Below, one piece after another: positions 29,568 through 41,400 of a DNA stretch of 64,000 bases (positions within the stretch are counted from its first letter, which is position 1; the number at the start of each line of letters is the position of its first letter). The stretch is taken from contig CAZPQW010000001.1 in assembly GCA_964588985.1 (NCBI GenBank), positions 290,688-354,687 on the forward strand, read 5' to 3'. This DNA is from an uncultured Solirubrobacteraceae bacterium. GTDB taxonomy: Bacteria > Actinomycetota > Thermoleophilia > Solirubrobacterales > Solirubrobacteraceae. A program made the translations under genes and the position numbers. The notes under the pieces are model-generated. The model worked only from the letters and a program-made list of their open reading frames with translations, searched no databases and was not told where the DNA came from.

Positions 29568-30305
29568 CTAGAAGTGGATCTGGAAGTGCGCGGCGGTGCG
29601 GGTGCGGTGGTCGATCGGCTTGGGTAGCCCGCCGGGAAAGGAATACGGTTCCTGTTCTGCTTCCTGCTTCGCCTTTCGTTCTTCTTCGCACCTGGTGTCG
29701 CACGGGAACGTGACGACGCCACAGACCATGCCGCCACACGGTTGCACGCGTTCTTTTTCTTCGCGTTCTTTCTTTTCTCGTTCTTCGCGTTCGACTTCTT
29801 CTTTGGTGGGTTCTTTAGGGGCGACTGTCCCTTTGACTTCGCTTTCTTTGGTCACTTCCCCATACACGCTGCGTCTGACGTAGCAGGGGTACGCGGGGCT
29901 GCACGGCGGCTTGTGCGGGACTGCGTAGATGACGCCCCCATAGGCGCCTTCTGGGCACCAATGCTTGGTGGTCGATGCTGCCGGGGTGAGGGTGAGGTGC
30001 ACGGGCTTGTTGCCGTGCGGATAGCCGTAGGCGGTCATGCTCATGTTGCTCGAGACGGCACAGGGCGGCGGGTTCTTCAGCGAGTAGTGCGGGTAGTTCT
30101 CGAGGACGAGCACGGCGTAGTAGTAGCCGCCGCGCGGCAGGTGGCCGCGGGGGTGGAAGCTGACGGTGACGTTGCCGCTGGTGTTCACGTGGCGAGGCGT
30201 ATGAACCGCTACAGGGCTGGACTTGCCCGCCGCCGAAACGCTCGCGAGGCATGCGACGACAAGCGCGAGAGCGCCGATAGAGGCGATGCCGAGCTTGCGA
30301 TGCAT
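29568..30305 (-). CDS. Secreted hypothetical protein with Cys pairs and Glu/Lys/Arg-rich tracts
   Basis: Signal peptide MHRKLGIASIGALALVVACLASVSA and the tract KEEVEREEREKKEREEKE. Confidence 0.7.
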   Translation of the reverse strand: MHRKLGIASIGALALVVACLASVSAAGKSSPVAVHTPRHVNTSGNVTVSFHPRGHLPRGGYYYAVLVLENYPHYSLKNPPPCAVSSNMSMTAYGYPHGNKPVHLTLTPAASTTKHWCPEGAYGGVIYAVPHKPPCSPAYPCYVRRSVYGEVTKESEVKGTVAPKEPTKEEVEREEREKKEREEKERVQPCGGMVCGVVTFPCDTRCEEERKAKQEAEQEPYSFPGGLPKPIDHRTRTAAHFQIHF

Positions 30306-30318
30306 GGGCCAGACGCTC

Positions 30319-30696
30319 TCAGGCGCTGGCGAGCTCGCTGAACGCCGCGACCTTGTAGACCTCGCCGGGGCAGCCGCCGAGCACGAGCATCTTCAGGCCC
30401 TCAGGGCCCGAGTGCACTTTGCGCTTGGTGCCGGCGGCGATGCGCACGAACACGTCCTTCACGAGATCCACGCGCTCGCCGTCGATGTCGATCCAGCCCG
30501 ACCCGTCCAGCGCGAGGTAGACCTCCTCCTGCCCGTCCTCAGCGTGGTCGTGTTCGGGATAGCCGTCATAGCCGGCGGGCATCCTGATGATCTGCATGCC
30601 GAACGAGGTGACCCCCAGCTCGGCGCGAGCCTTGATGAAGCCGCCTCCGTAGGCAGCCTCCATGTCGTTGATGTGCTTCGCGGTGTAGTCGGCCAT
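30319..30696 (-). CDS. Cupin domain protein
   Basis: LGVTSFG, EHDHAEDGQEEVYLALDGSG. Confidence 0.85.
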   Translation of the reverse strand: MADYTAKHINDMEAAYGGGFIKARAELGVTSFGMQIIRMPAGYDGYPEHDHAEDGQEEVYLALDGSGWIDIDGERVDLVKDVFVRIAAGTKRKVHSGPEGLKMLVLGGCPGEVYKVAAFSELASA

Positions 30697-30706
30697 GTCG
30701 AGGATC

Positions 30707-31556
30707 CTAACTGCTGGGAAGCGGGATGACGAGCGCGAGCTGTCGCGACTGTGCGAGCACAGTCCCGTCAGGCGCCCAGATCACGCAATCCTCGTCGAAG
30801 AACCCTTCGTGGAGCACGCCGGTGGTCGAGCGGGCGAAGCACAGTTCCTCCGGATTGGGCATCGCCTCGTCCGGCTGGGCGGTGCGGAAGTGGATCGTGA
30901 GATCGACCGTCGGCGAGACCGCCGGATCGGTCAGGCGGATGAACGGCGTCGGCAGCAGCGCGTCACAGAAGAAGGCGAGCGCGAGCGCGTCGATCGGTCG
31001 GGGCTGGACGAGGCCGAGCCAGGCGCCGAAGGCCATCGGCTCGTCTGAGCCGCTGAACGGGGCAGCGCCGATGCGCGGCTGCAGCAGCAGGTGGCGTGTG
31101 AACAGCGGTGCGCCGTGATTGCCGTGGAAAGGCTCCCGTGCGGGATCTGGCGCTGCGACCTCGGGCATCGGCAGCTCCGTGACGTCCTGCGCTTTCCACG
31201 GCACCGAGAACGCGGCCAGGGCGAGCGCGACGAGCTTGCCGTCCTGCTCCATACGAGAGGAGAGCGTGCTCAGCGAGCGCCCCGAGCGCTCGATCGACGT
31301 GCTGATCGTGACCGGGCCGGGATCGGGGGCGCGCGCGTAGTGGATCGTCAGCGAGCGCGGCGAGCGCGCGGGGTCGGCGACCGTCTTGACGAGCGCGCGC
31401 AGCAGCATCGCCGCGAGATAGCCGCCGTGCGGGCCGCGTCCGGCGCGCCACTCCGGCGAGACGTCCGCGGCGAACGCGAACGCCGTGCCGTCGTGCGACT
31501 GCTGGCGCACGGCCGTGTCGCGGTCGAACGCGCCGAGCGCCGGCGCGGCGCCCGGC

Positions 31557-31564
<8 letters not shown>
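30707..31564 (-). CDS. TesB-like acyl-CoA thioesterase (double hot-dog fold)
   Basis: [41 protein letters not shown]. Confidence 0.88.
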
Positions 31565-33212
<1,648 letters not shown>

Positions 33213-33271
33213 CCGCACGGAGGATAGAGATCGACAGAAACCCGCCCCGCCCTCGCTAACGTTCCCGTGTC

Positions 33272-34321
33272 ATGCCCACCACCGTCCTCGACATCGAGCA
33301 GCACCTCCTCCTGCTGGAGCTCGAGGCGCCGTTCAACAAGCGCGACGTGCAGCTCGCGCGCCGCAAGATGGCCAAGCGCTGGCACCCCGACGTCGCGCCT
33401 CAGGGCCGCCAGTTCGAGCACGAGCGCCACCTGAAGGCGATCAACGAGGCGGCCGACCAGCTCGAGCGCCTCGCGGAGGGCTCGCGCGGCGGGAGCGTGT
33501 CGCGCAACGCGGTCAAAGTGAGCGCCGCCGCCGCTCGTCGCGAGCGCGAAGAGGCGGGTCGGCGTGCGTATGAGGCCGAGCAGCGCGCCCGCGCGCACGC
33601 CAAGGACCGGGCCGAAAACGACCCGTTCGGCGCGCGTGTGCCCGACCACTCGGTCGTCCACCGCTACGCCCGCTGCCTGACCTATCCCGAGTGGGGCGTC
33701 GGGACTGTCGCGGGGATCTACTTCTCAACCCACCCCGCCGCCGAGGGCGAGGAGGTGCAGCAGTGGGCGCGCGTGAAGTTCAGCCACGGCGTGCGCACCG
33801 TGCCCGCGGGGAGCATGAAATTCGTGGACTTCTCAAAGCCTGACCCGGGCGAGGAGCGTGTCGAGCGCTTCCTTGTCGCCGCCCAGCGCGCGATGGCCGA
33901 AGGCGAGTACATGCTCGCCGCCCAACGTCTGATCTACGCCCGCGACGCCGAGCCGCGCAACGTGGCGGTGCTGCGTCTGATGACGCTCGCGTTCTGGAAC
34001 GCGGGCAAGCTGGAGGAGGCGGCGAGGGCGGTGCGCGACTGGGCGCGCGTGGACGGCCGACGCCCCGCGCCGCATCGCTTCGCGGCGAGGATCTACGAAG
34101 ACATCGGAGCGATCGACCTGGCTGAGGAGGCAGCGGAGCGCGCGGCCAAGCGCGGGCCCTCCGACGCGGGTGCGTGGGAGCGGCTGGGGCGTCTGCGTCT
34201 GCAGCTGCAGGATCGCGAGGGGGCTCTGCAGGCATTTCGCAAAGCGGTCGAGCGCGGGGCGGGCGACGAGGTGCGCGAGCTGATCGAGCAGGCGTTGGCG
34301 CTGGAGCCGAGTGTCGGCTAG
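33272..34321 (+). CDS. J-domain protein with a central Tudor/SH3-like segment and C-terminal TPR repeats
   Basis: RKMAKRWHPD...KAINEA (J domain), YPEWGVGTV...ARVKF, helical TPR-like C-terminus (AWERLGRL..). Confidence 0.8.
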   Translation: MPTTVLDIEQHLLLLELEAPFNKRDVQLARRKMAKRWHPDVAPQGRQFEHERHLKAINEAADQLERLAEGSRGGSVSRNAVKVSAAAARREREEAGRRAYEAEQRARAHAKDRAENDPFGARVPDHSVVHRYARCLTYPEWGVGTVAGIYFSTHPAAEGEEVQQWARVKFSHGVRTVPAGSMKFVDFSKPDPGEERVERFLVAAQRAMAEGEYMLAAQRLIYARDAEPRNVAVLRLMTLAFWNAGKLEEAARAVRDWARVDGRRPAPHRFAARIYEDIGAIDLAEEAAERAAKRGPSDAGAWERLGRLRLQLQDREGALQAFRKAVERGAGDEVRELIEQALALEPSVG

Positions 34322-34324
34322 CGG

Positions 34325-35668
34325 CTACAGCTCTCTCAGCGCGTCTGGCAGATTGGGAACTGCGCTGTAGACGTGTTTGTGCCCTCGCTTGCGTCGGCGC
34401 AGCAGGCCTTTGCGATGCAGGTACATCAGATCGGAACGAGCTGTCTCTTCAGCGACTCTGTGGCTCGCCGCGTGTGAGCGGTATGTGTACGCGCTGCTCG
34501 GGTGGCGGATCGCGTCGGTGAGGAGTGACAGCTGGCGGTGGTTGAGATCCCCCGTGTCCTTGACGAGCTGCTCGACATGTTGCACTTCCCTTACCTTGCG
34601 CTGTAGGTACTCGTGTAGCTCCTCGACCGCTCGCCTGATGATGTCGAGCTGGTGGAGGATGAAGTAGGTGGTGTCGCCTTCGTCGGTCTCCGTGAGTAGG
34701 AACGCCTTCGTGTACTGGGCCGGCGCTTTGCGCAGAATCCGAGAGATCGACAGGTACTCGATCAGCCAGTAGCCGTGAGTTCGCATGTGCCAGTAGAACA
34801 GGGCTCGTGCGGTGCGGCCGTTTCCGTCCAGGAACGGGTGATCGTAAGCCAGCCAGAAGTGCAGCAGGATGCCGCGTATCACCGGATGGAGAAAGGTTCC
34901 CGGGTCGTCTTCTGGGCGGTTCGCAAACGCGCACATCGCCGCCAGTCGGTCGGGCAGCTGATCGGCTGGCGGCGGCCTGTGGATGACGGTCCCGTCGCTC
35001 GCGTCGAGCACGACGACCCGCTCTTCGTCAGGCGTCTGCAGGCGTCCGGCGGCGGTTGGATCGTCGAGGGTTTCCTCCGTGAGGATGCGCTGGAGCGTCA
35101 TCACCAGCTCGGGGGTCAGCTGCTCGCCCATCCCATCGCGCATGAACTCCAGCGCTCGATAGTTGTTGAGGATCATCCGCTCGCTGCGATCCTTGGGTGG
35201 GCGTCCGGTGCGCAACAGCTCCTTCGCCACGCCACGCGAGGTTGTTGCCCCCTCGAGTTGACTCGAGCGGATCGCCTCCTCCATGAGAGAGCTGACGAGG
35301 TAGTGGTGGCGTGCCTGCTCGTCGGCCGTGACGACCTCGCCCATCGCGATCTCGCCGCTGCAGTGCTGGTCCACGTAGTGCAGCAGTCGCTGAACGCTCG
35401 ACGGAGTTCCGTAGGTGAAGGGCTGTCCCTTTGCGTCGAGGAGCGGCAACTTGGTCAGAAGGGGGCCGCGTCCAAGCTTCACTCCGAGCCACCACTCGTG
35501 AGGCGTCAGGTCCCCCGGCGGCTTGAGATGTCGAAGCTTGTCCCAGTGGAGATACTCCCGTTCGGCTCCGTCGACAGCCGCGGTCCTGAGGGCGGGCATG
35601 AGCCGGTCGGGGTCAAGCTCCGCGAGGATCTCGGGATACTCCGGTGGCGCGGCTACGTACATGGTCAT
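34325..35668 (-). CDS. Fic-domain protein with a C-terminal winged HTH (start uncertain, 35662 or 35668)
   Basis: EEAIRSSQLEGA, intact HPFLDGNGRTAR, ETARSDLMYL wHTH. Confidence 0.92.
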   Translation of the reverse strand: MTMYVAAPPEYPEILAELDPDRLMPALRTAAVDGAEREYLHWDKLRHLKPPGDLTPHEWWLGVKLGRGPLLTKLPLLDAKGQPFTYGTPSSVQRLLHYVDQHCSGEIAMGEVVTADEQARHHYLVSSLMEEAIRSSQLEGATTSRGVAKELLRTGRPPKDRSERMILNNYRALEFMRDGMGEQLTPELVMTLQRILTEETLDDPTAAGRLQTPDEERVVVLDASDGTVIHRPPPADQLPDRLAAMCAFANRPEDDPGTFLHPVIRGILLHFWLAYDHPFLDGNGRTARALFYWHMRTHGYWLIEYLSISRILRKAPAQYTKAFLLTETDEGDTTYFILHQLDIIRRAVEELHEYLQRKVREVQHVEQLVKDTGDLNHRQLSLLTDAIRHPSSAYTYRSHAASHRVAEETARSDLMYLHRKGLLRRRKRGHKHVYSAVPNLPDALREL

Positions 35669-35675
35669 GCTCAAA

Positions 35676-35760
35676 GTCCCAATCAATTCCCAGTAAGCCC
35701 CAGAACTGGGAGTTTAGCAGTAGCTCCCAAATCTGGCGCAATTGGGAGCTGGTTGGGAGT
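35676..35760. promoter_or_regulatory. Cluster of TCCCA/TGGGA inverted repeats upstream of fic
   Basis: TCCCAGT-N10-ACTGGGA (35688-35711), AGCTCCCAA-N11-TTGGGAGCT (35722-35750), and extra half-sites near 35677 and 35754. Confidence 0.55.
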
Positions 35761-35767
35761 TGGCCGC

Positions 35768-36454
35768 CTAAAGAATGTTCACAGCCCGCGAAACCACCAA
35801 CCCGAGCGTGACCAGCGACACGATCGACTGAACGCCCATGATGCTCTTCGCCATCGGCGTGAGCGGCATCGTGTCGGTGGGTGAGAAAGCGGTGGCATTG
35901 GTGAGCGACACGTACAGGTAGTCGATGAACTTAGGGCGCCAGTCGAGGGGCTCGATGGTGTCGTCGGACATCTGCGGGAACAGGAAGTCGGGAGCCTTGT
36001 CGTTGCCGGCCGCCCGTTTGCCGGGGCCGCCGCGATCGATCTCCCAGTACCACAGCCCGAAGATCAAGAAGTTCGTGAGCCAGATGAGGATCCCCGAGAT
36101 GATCAGCTGACGGCCGTTGCTCGTGTTCGTGCTCAAAACGTTGTGATGCAGCAGGAAGTGGGTCAGCTCGACGAGCGAGAACACGTTGGCGGCGCTGACA
36201 AACGCGGTGAGCGAGAGCGCGGCACGGCGGCGAGCGGTGTGTTCGACCTCCAGCTGGCGTGGCGTGGCCATGAACATGCCGAACAGCAGGGCGCCCTCCA
36301 ACGCGGGGATCAGCCACGATGGTCCGATCGTCAGCCGAGGGGGCAGCAGCAGCTGCAGGCCGATCGCCGCGAGAATCGTCGCCTGCGCCGGCCAGAACGG
36401 CTCTGAGGCCCCGGGCGGCGGATACACGCGCTTGGCGGAGGGTTCCGTGGCCAC
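35768..36454 (-). CDS. DUF1345-like membrane protein
   Basis: IWLTNFLIFGLWYWEIDRGGP, PDFLFPQM, WRPKFIDYLYVSLTNATAFSPTDTMPL. Start set at GTG 36454. Confidence 0.82.
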   Translation of the reverse strand: MATEPSAKRVYPPPGASEPFWPAQATILAAIGLQLLLPPRLTIGPSWLIPALEGALLFGMFMATPRQLEVEHTARRRAALSLTAFVSAANVFSLVELTHFLLHHNVLSTNTSNGRQLIISGILIWLTNFLIFGLWYWEIDRGGPGKRAAGNDKAPDFLFPQMSDDTIEPLDWRPKFIDYLYVSLTNATAFSPTDTMPLTPMAKSIMGVQSIVSLVTLGLVVSRAVNIL

Positions 36455-36535
36455 GAACCGAGAGGCTAAGGGGCCGATCGGCCGGCACGGGCGCGTCGCC
36501 CGGCGAGAGCGAGGCGCGCGATAGCCTGAGGGGCG

Positions 36536-36829
36536 ATGGGCATCGAGAATCCGGTCCACCTGCTGTTCATCGCGATCGTCGCGCTGGTGGTTCTCGGCCC
36601 CAAACGCCTGCCGGAGCTGGCGCGCGCGCTCGGCCGCGGCATCCGCGAGTTCCGCGAGGCGGTGAGTCTGGAGCCCGACGCTTCGCCGCAGCTGCCCGCC
36701 GAGTCGGGCGAGCAGGCGCCGCCGATCGCTTACGAGTCGACGGCCGCCGGCCCGCCCGCTGTGGAGCCCGCTGTTGATCCGGCCGAGTCTGTACGGTCGG
36801 GCGATGCGCCTGATAGTCGCTCGCTGTGA
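36536..36829 (+). CDS. tatA: Twin-arginine translocase TatA/TatB-family subunit
   Basis: TM helix followed by LGPKRLPELARALGRGIREFR. Confidence 0.85.
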   Translation: MGIENPVHLLFIAIVALVVLGPKRLPELARALGRGIREFREAVSLEPDASPQLPAESGEQAPPIAYESTAAGPPAVEPAVDPAESVRSGDAPDSRSL

Positions 36830-37496
36830 GGTCTCCTACGTCGGTCGCCTGACCACCACGCTGCCCGAGGCGGTGCGGCTGCTGATGCTCAAGCCCGACG
36901 GCACGTTCATGGTGTGGGCGGACGGCGGCGGCTCGAACGTGAAGCCTCTCAACTGGATGGTCGCGCCGACGGTGCTCGAGGAGGAGACCGACGAGCAGGG
37001 CGCGCTCACACGGCTGACCGTGCGCAAGCAGCGCGAGGAGGATCGCCTCGAGATCACGATCGCGGAGGTGCTCTCCGACATCGAGCACGAGCTCGACACG
37101 CTCGCCTCGCTCGAGAAGGAGGGCGTGGAGCGCGAACTGCAGGAGCTGCTCGCCGACGCGCCCGAGTGGTGCGGGGAGGGCCTGCGCCTGGTCAAGCGCG
37201 AGTGGCCCACCGACATAGGCCCGGTGGACCTGATGTGCAAGGACGTCGAGGACGAGTGGATCGCGGTGGAGATCAAGCGCATCGCGACGATCGACGCGGT
37301 CGAGCAGCTCACGCGCTACCTGCAGCGCATCCGCCTCGACCCCGCGCTCGGCTCCTGCCGAGGCGTGCTCGCAGCGCAGACGATCAAGCCGCAGGCGCGC
37401 GTGCTCGCGGAATCTCGCGGGATCGACTGCGTGGAGGTCGACCTGGCGGTGCTGCGCGGCGAACGCGAGCCCGACCTGCGCCTGTTCGCCGCCTGA
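36804..37496 (+). CDS. nucS: Mismatch-specific endonuclease NucS
   Basis: MRLIVARCEVSYVGRL, KPLNWM, EWPTDIGPVDL, VEIKR, AVEQLTRY. Confidence 0.95.
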   Translation: MRLIVARCEVSYVGRLTTTLPEAVRLLMLKPDGTFMVWADGGGSNVKPLNWMVAPTVLEEETDEQGALTRLTVRKQREEDRLEITIAEVLSDIEHELDTLASLEKEGVERELQELLADAPEWCGEGLRLVKREWPTDIGPVDLMCKDVEDEWIAVEIKRIATIDAVEQLTRYLQRIRLDPALGSCRGVLAAQTIKPQARVLAESRGIDCVEVDLAVLRGEREPDLRLFAA

Positions 37497-37547
37497 TCCT
37501 CGCGCCCGCGGGTAGGCTCTGCGGTGTTCCCTTACTAGGAGTCCCTC

Positions 37548-38342
37548 GTGACCGCAGACGCCGACGACCAAGTGCCAGACGAGCAGCCTGTCCTCACCGA
37601 GCGACGTGGCAGCGTTCTTCTCATAACACTCAACCGCCCCGCTGTGCGCAACGCGGTGAACGCGGCGCTCGCCGCCGGCGTGGCGGGTGCGCTCGATGAG
37701 CTCGACGGCGACGACAGCCTGTCCGCGGGGGTGCTCACCGGCGCGGGTGGATTCTTCTGCGCGGGGATGGACCTCGGCGCGTTCGTCAAGGGCGAGTCCG
37801 CGTGGTTCGGCGACCGTGGCTTCGCCGGCATCACCCAGCGCGCCTCGCGCAAGCCGCTGATCGCCGCGATCGAGGGCTTCGCGGTCGCGGGCGGGATGGA
37901 GATCGCGCTGTCGTGCGACCTGATCGTCGCCGCGAAGGGCGCGAAGATGGGCATCCCCGAGGCCAAGCGCTCGCTCGTCGCAGCCGGCGGCGCGCTGCTG
38001 CGGATGCCGCGACGGATGCCCTACCACGTGGTCATGGAGCTGGCGCTCACAGGCGACGTGCTGCCCGCCGAGCGCTTCCACGACTTCGGCCTCGTCAACC
38101 GCATCGCCGAGCCCGGCACGGCCGTGGACACCGCCCTGGAGCTGGCCGCGACGCTCGCCAAGAACGGACCCCTGGCGCTGATCGCGACGAAGCAGATCCT
38201 CCAGGAGCAGTTCGACTGGTCGAGCGCCGAGATGTGGGAGAAGCAGGGCGCGATCTCCGGCCCGGTGTTCGCCTCCGAAGACGCCAAGGAGGGGTCGTCC
38301 GCGTTCAAGGAGAAGCGCGACCCCGTCTGGAAAGGCCGCTAG
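37548..38342 (+). CDS. Enoyl-CoA hydratase/crotonase family protein
   Basis: LNRPAVRNAVN, FCAGMDL, GGMEIALSCD, GIPEAKR, DAKEG..AFKEKR. Confidence 0.92.
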   Translation: MTADADDQVPDEQPVLTERRGSVLLITLNRPAVRNAVNAALAAGVAGALDELDGDDSLSAGVLTGAGGFFCAGMDLGAFVKGESAWFGDRGFAGITQRASRKPLIAAIEGFAVAGGMEIALSCDLIVAAKGAKMGIPEAKRSLVAAGGALLRMPRRMPYHVVMELALTGDVLPAERFHDFGLVNRIAEPGTAVDTALELAATLAKNGPLALIATKQILQEQFDWSSAEMWEKQGAISGPVFASEDAKEGSSAFKEKRDPVWKGR

Positions 38343-38408
38343 AAGCCGCGGCGCTTACGCTTGCGCTGCTTGCGGATCGCCAGGAACCGCTTCCACAGGG
38401 CCCACATC

Positions 38409-41400
38409 TCAGCGCTCGCCCGGCTGCTTTTTCGGGAACTGGGAGATCGGCTGGCGCAGGTCGATCGCCGCCGTGACGATGCGGTTCTGTTCTTTGGCGT
38501 GCGCTGCGGGGTAGCCCTCGCCGGGGCTCGCGCGCTCGGGGCGGCCGATGTAGCCGAAGTGCATCTCCGTGGGCATGATCTGCATCAGGCGCGGGAACAT
38601 GTGCGCGCGGGCGCCCATGTTGCGCGGCTCCTCCTGGACCCACAGCACCTCGGTGAGGTTGGGGTAGCGGGCCATCAGCGCGAGGATCTGCTTTTCGGGG
38701 AACGGGTACAGGAGCTCGACGCGCGCGACCGCGAGGCCGGGGTGCGCGGGGCGGTCGGGGTGCCCGACGAGGTCGTAGTAGACCTTGCCGGTGCACAGCA
38801 CCAGGCGCGTGACCTGATCGTCCTGCGCGCCGGGCTCCGCGAGCACGGGTTGGAAGCTCGTGTCCTCGGCCATGTCGGCGATCGCGCTCGCGGCCTGCGG
38901 CAGGCGCAGCAGGGACTTGGGCGTCATCACGACGAGCGGGCGCTGCTTGGCGATGCGCGCCTGGCGGCGCAGCAGGTGGAAGTACTGCGCTGGGGTGGTG
39001 GGGCTCGCGACGCGGATGTTGCCCTCGGCGGCGGCGCGCAGGAAGCGCTCCAGGCGCGCGGAGGAGTGCTCGGGGCCGGAGCCCTCGTAGCCGTGCGGCA
39101 GCAGCAGCGTCAGTCGCGAGGTCTGCCCCCACTTGGCGAGGCCGGAGATGATGAACTGGTCGACGATCACCTGGGCGCCGTTGACGAAGTCGCCGAACTG
39201 CGCCTCCCACAGCACGAGCGTCTCCGGCGCCTCCTGGCTGTAGCCGTACTCGAAGCCCATGCACGCGAGCTCCGAGAGCGGGCTGTTGTGCAGCTCGAGC
39301 GGCGCGAGCGCGTCGGGCAGGGTCTGGATCGGGCAGACGGTCTGGCCGGTCTTGGCGTCGTGGAGGACCATGTGGCGCTGGCTGAACGTGCCGCGCTCGG
39401 TGTCCTGGCCGGTGAGGCGCAGCGGCACGCCCTCGGTGAGCAGCGACGCGAACGCGAGCGCCTCCGCGTGGGCCCAGTCGATGCCGGTGGTGGTGGGGTC
39501 CTCGGCGGTGAGCACCTCGCGCCGGCGCTCGAGCTGTTTGACGAGCTTGGGGTGCACGGTGAACCCGTCGGGCACGCGCAGCAGCTGCTCCCCGAGCGCG
39601 CGCAGGCGCGCCTCCGGCACCGCTGTGTCGACCTCGGGGCTGGGCGAGCGGTCGAGCGTGTACTCGCCGGTGCTGTGCTCGCCGCCGTGCTCGGTCGCGG
39701 CGGCGATCTTCGACTTCAGCCGCTGGTGCAGCAGCGTGAGGTTGTCCCACACCTCCTGCGCCTGGCGCTCGACCTCCTCCTGGGAGACGACGCCTTCGGC
39801 GACGAGGTGGTCGGCCCACAGTTCGGACACGCGCTTCTTGGACTTGATCTTCGCGTACATCTCAGGCTGGGTGTAGGCGGGCTCGTCGGACTCGTTGTGG
39901 CCGAAGCGGCGGTAGCCGATCAGGTCGATCAGCACGTCGTGGCCGAACTCCTGACGGAACGCGAACGCGAGGCGCACCGCGCTGATGCACGCGCGCACGT
40001 CGTCGGCGTTGACGTGGATGATCGGCACGTCGAAGCCCTTCGCCAGATCTGAGGCCCAGCGCGTGGAGCGCGCGTCGTCGGGGTCGGTGGTGAAGCCGAT
40101 CTGGTTGTTGGTGATGATGTGCACAGTGCCGCCGACCTTGTAGCCGTCGAGGGCCTGCAGGTTGAGCGTCTCCGAGACGACGCCCTGGCCGGGGAACGAC
40201 GCATCGCCGTGGATCACGATCGGCACCGCCGCGTTCGTGTCCTGGTGGGCGTGCGGACCCTTGCGCGAGGTCTGCGCGGCGCGCGTCGCGCCCTCGACGA
40301 CCGGCGAGACGTACTCGAGGTGGCTCGGGTTGGACTCGAGGTTGACGCGGATCGTGCCGCCGGCGGGGAGCTTGTAGGTGCCCTGGGTGCCGTGGTGGTA
40401 CTTCACATCGCCCGTCCCGCCCTGGGGGATCGTGGTGACCGCCTCCAGGGTGGAGGCGCCCTCGAACTCGCCGAAGATCGTGTCGTAGGGGCGCCCGAGG
40501 TTGTGCGCGAGCACGTTCAGCCGCCCACGGTGGGCCATGCCGATCACTACCTCGTGCCCGCCGTGCGCGGCGGAGAGCTGGATCAGCTCGTCGAGCATCG
40601 GCACCGCCATGTCGAGGCCCTCGATCGAGAACTGGTGCTGGCCGAGGTAGGCCTTGTGCATGAAGCGCTCGAGCGCGTCCACCTCGACGAGCCGTTTCAG
40701 CAGCGTCCGCCGCTCGTCGCTCGTCAGCTCCTGGCGGTAGGCGCCGGCCTCGATGTGCTCGCGCAGCCACACGCGCTGGCGGTGCGAGGCGATGTGCTCG
40801 ATCTCGTACGCGATCGTGCCGCAGTAGGTCTCGCGCAGGTGCGGCAGCGCATCCGCGAGCGTCGCTCCGGGCACGTACATCTGGAAGATCCGCGCGGGGA
40901 GCTTCGCCTGGATCTCCGGCTTCAGGCCGAGCGCCTCGGGGTCGAGGCCCGGGTCGCCCTCAGGCTCGGAGCCGAGCGGGTCCAGGCGCGCGGCGAGGTG
41001 GCCGTGGCTGCGTACGCGGCTGACGAACTGGCTCGCGGCGTGCACCGCCTGCAGCATCTCTTCGCCGCCGGAGAAGACCGCCGCGCCGTCGGCGGAGGTG
41101 GCGCTTGCTGCGGACGCGGCGGCAGCCGCTGCCGGGGCGGGTAGCGCGGGGACCGGCCCGAGCTCGACGCCGAGCGCCGCGAAGACATCGTCGTAGAAGG
41201 CGTGCTCGCCCTGCAGGTATTCCTCGATGCGCGCGAGGAAGCGCCCCGACTCCGCCCCCTGGATGATGCGGTGGTCGTAAGTGGAGGTCATCGTCATGAC
41301 CTTCTCCGCGCCGATCATCTCGCCGATGTTGCCGAGGCCGACGGGGTAGGCGATCGAGCCGGTGGCGATGATCGTGCCCTGCCCCACCATCAGGCGGGGG

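Noticed and set aside
36804-36829. 26-bp tatA/nucS overlap as a functional link
   Set aside because: The TatA tail is low-complexity and variable, and short overlaps are routine in this genome.
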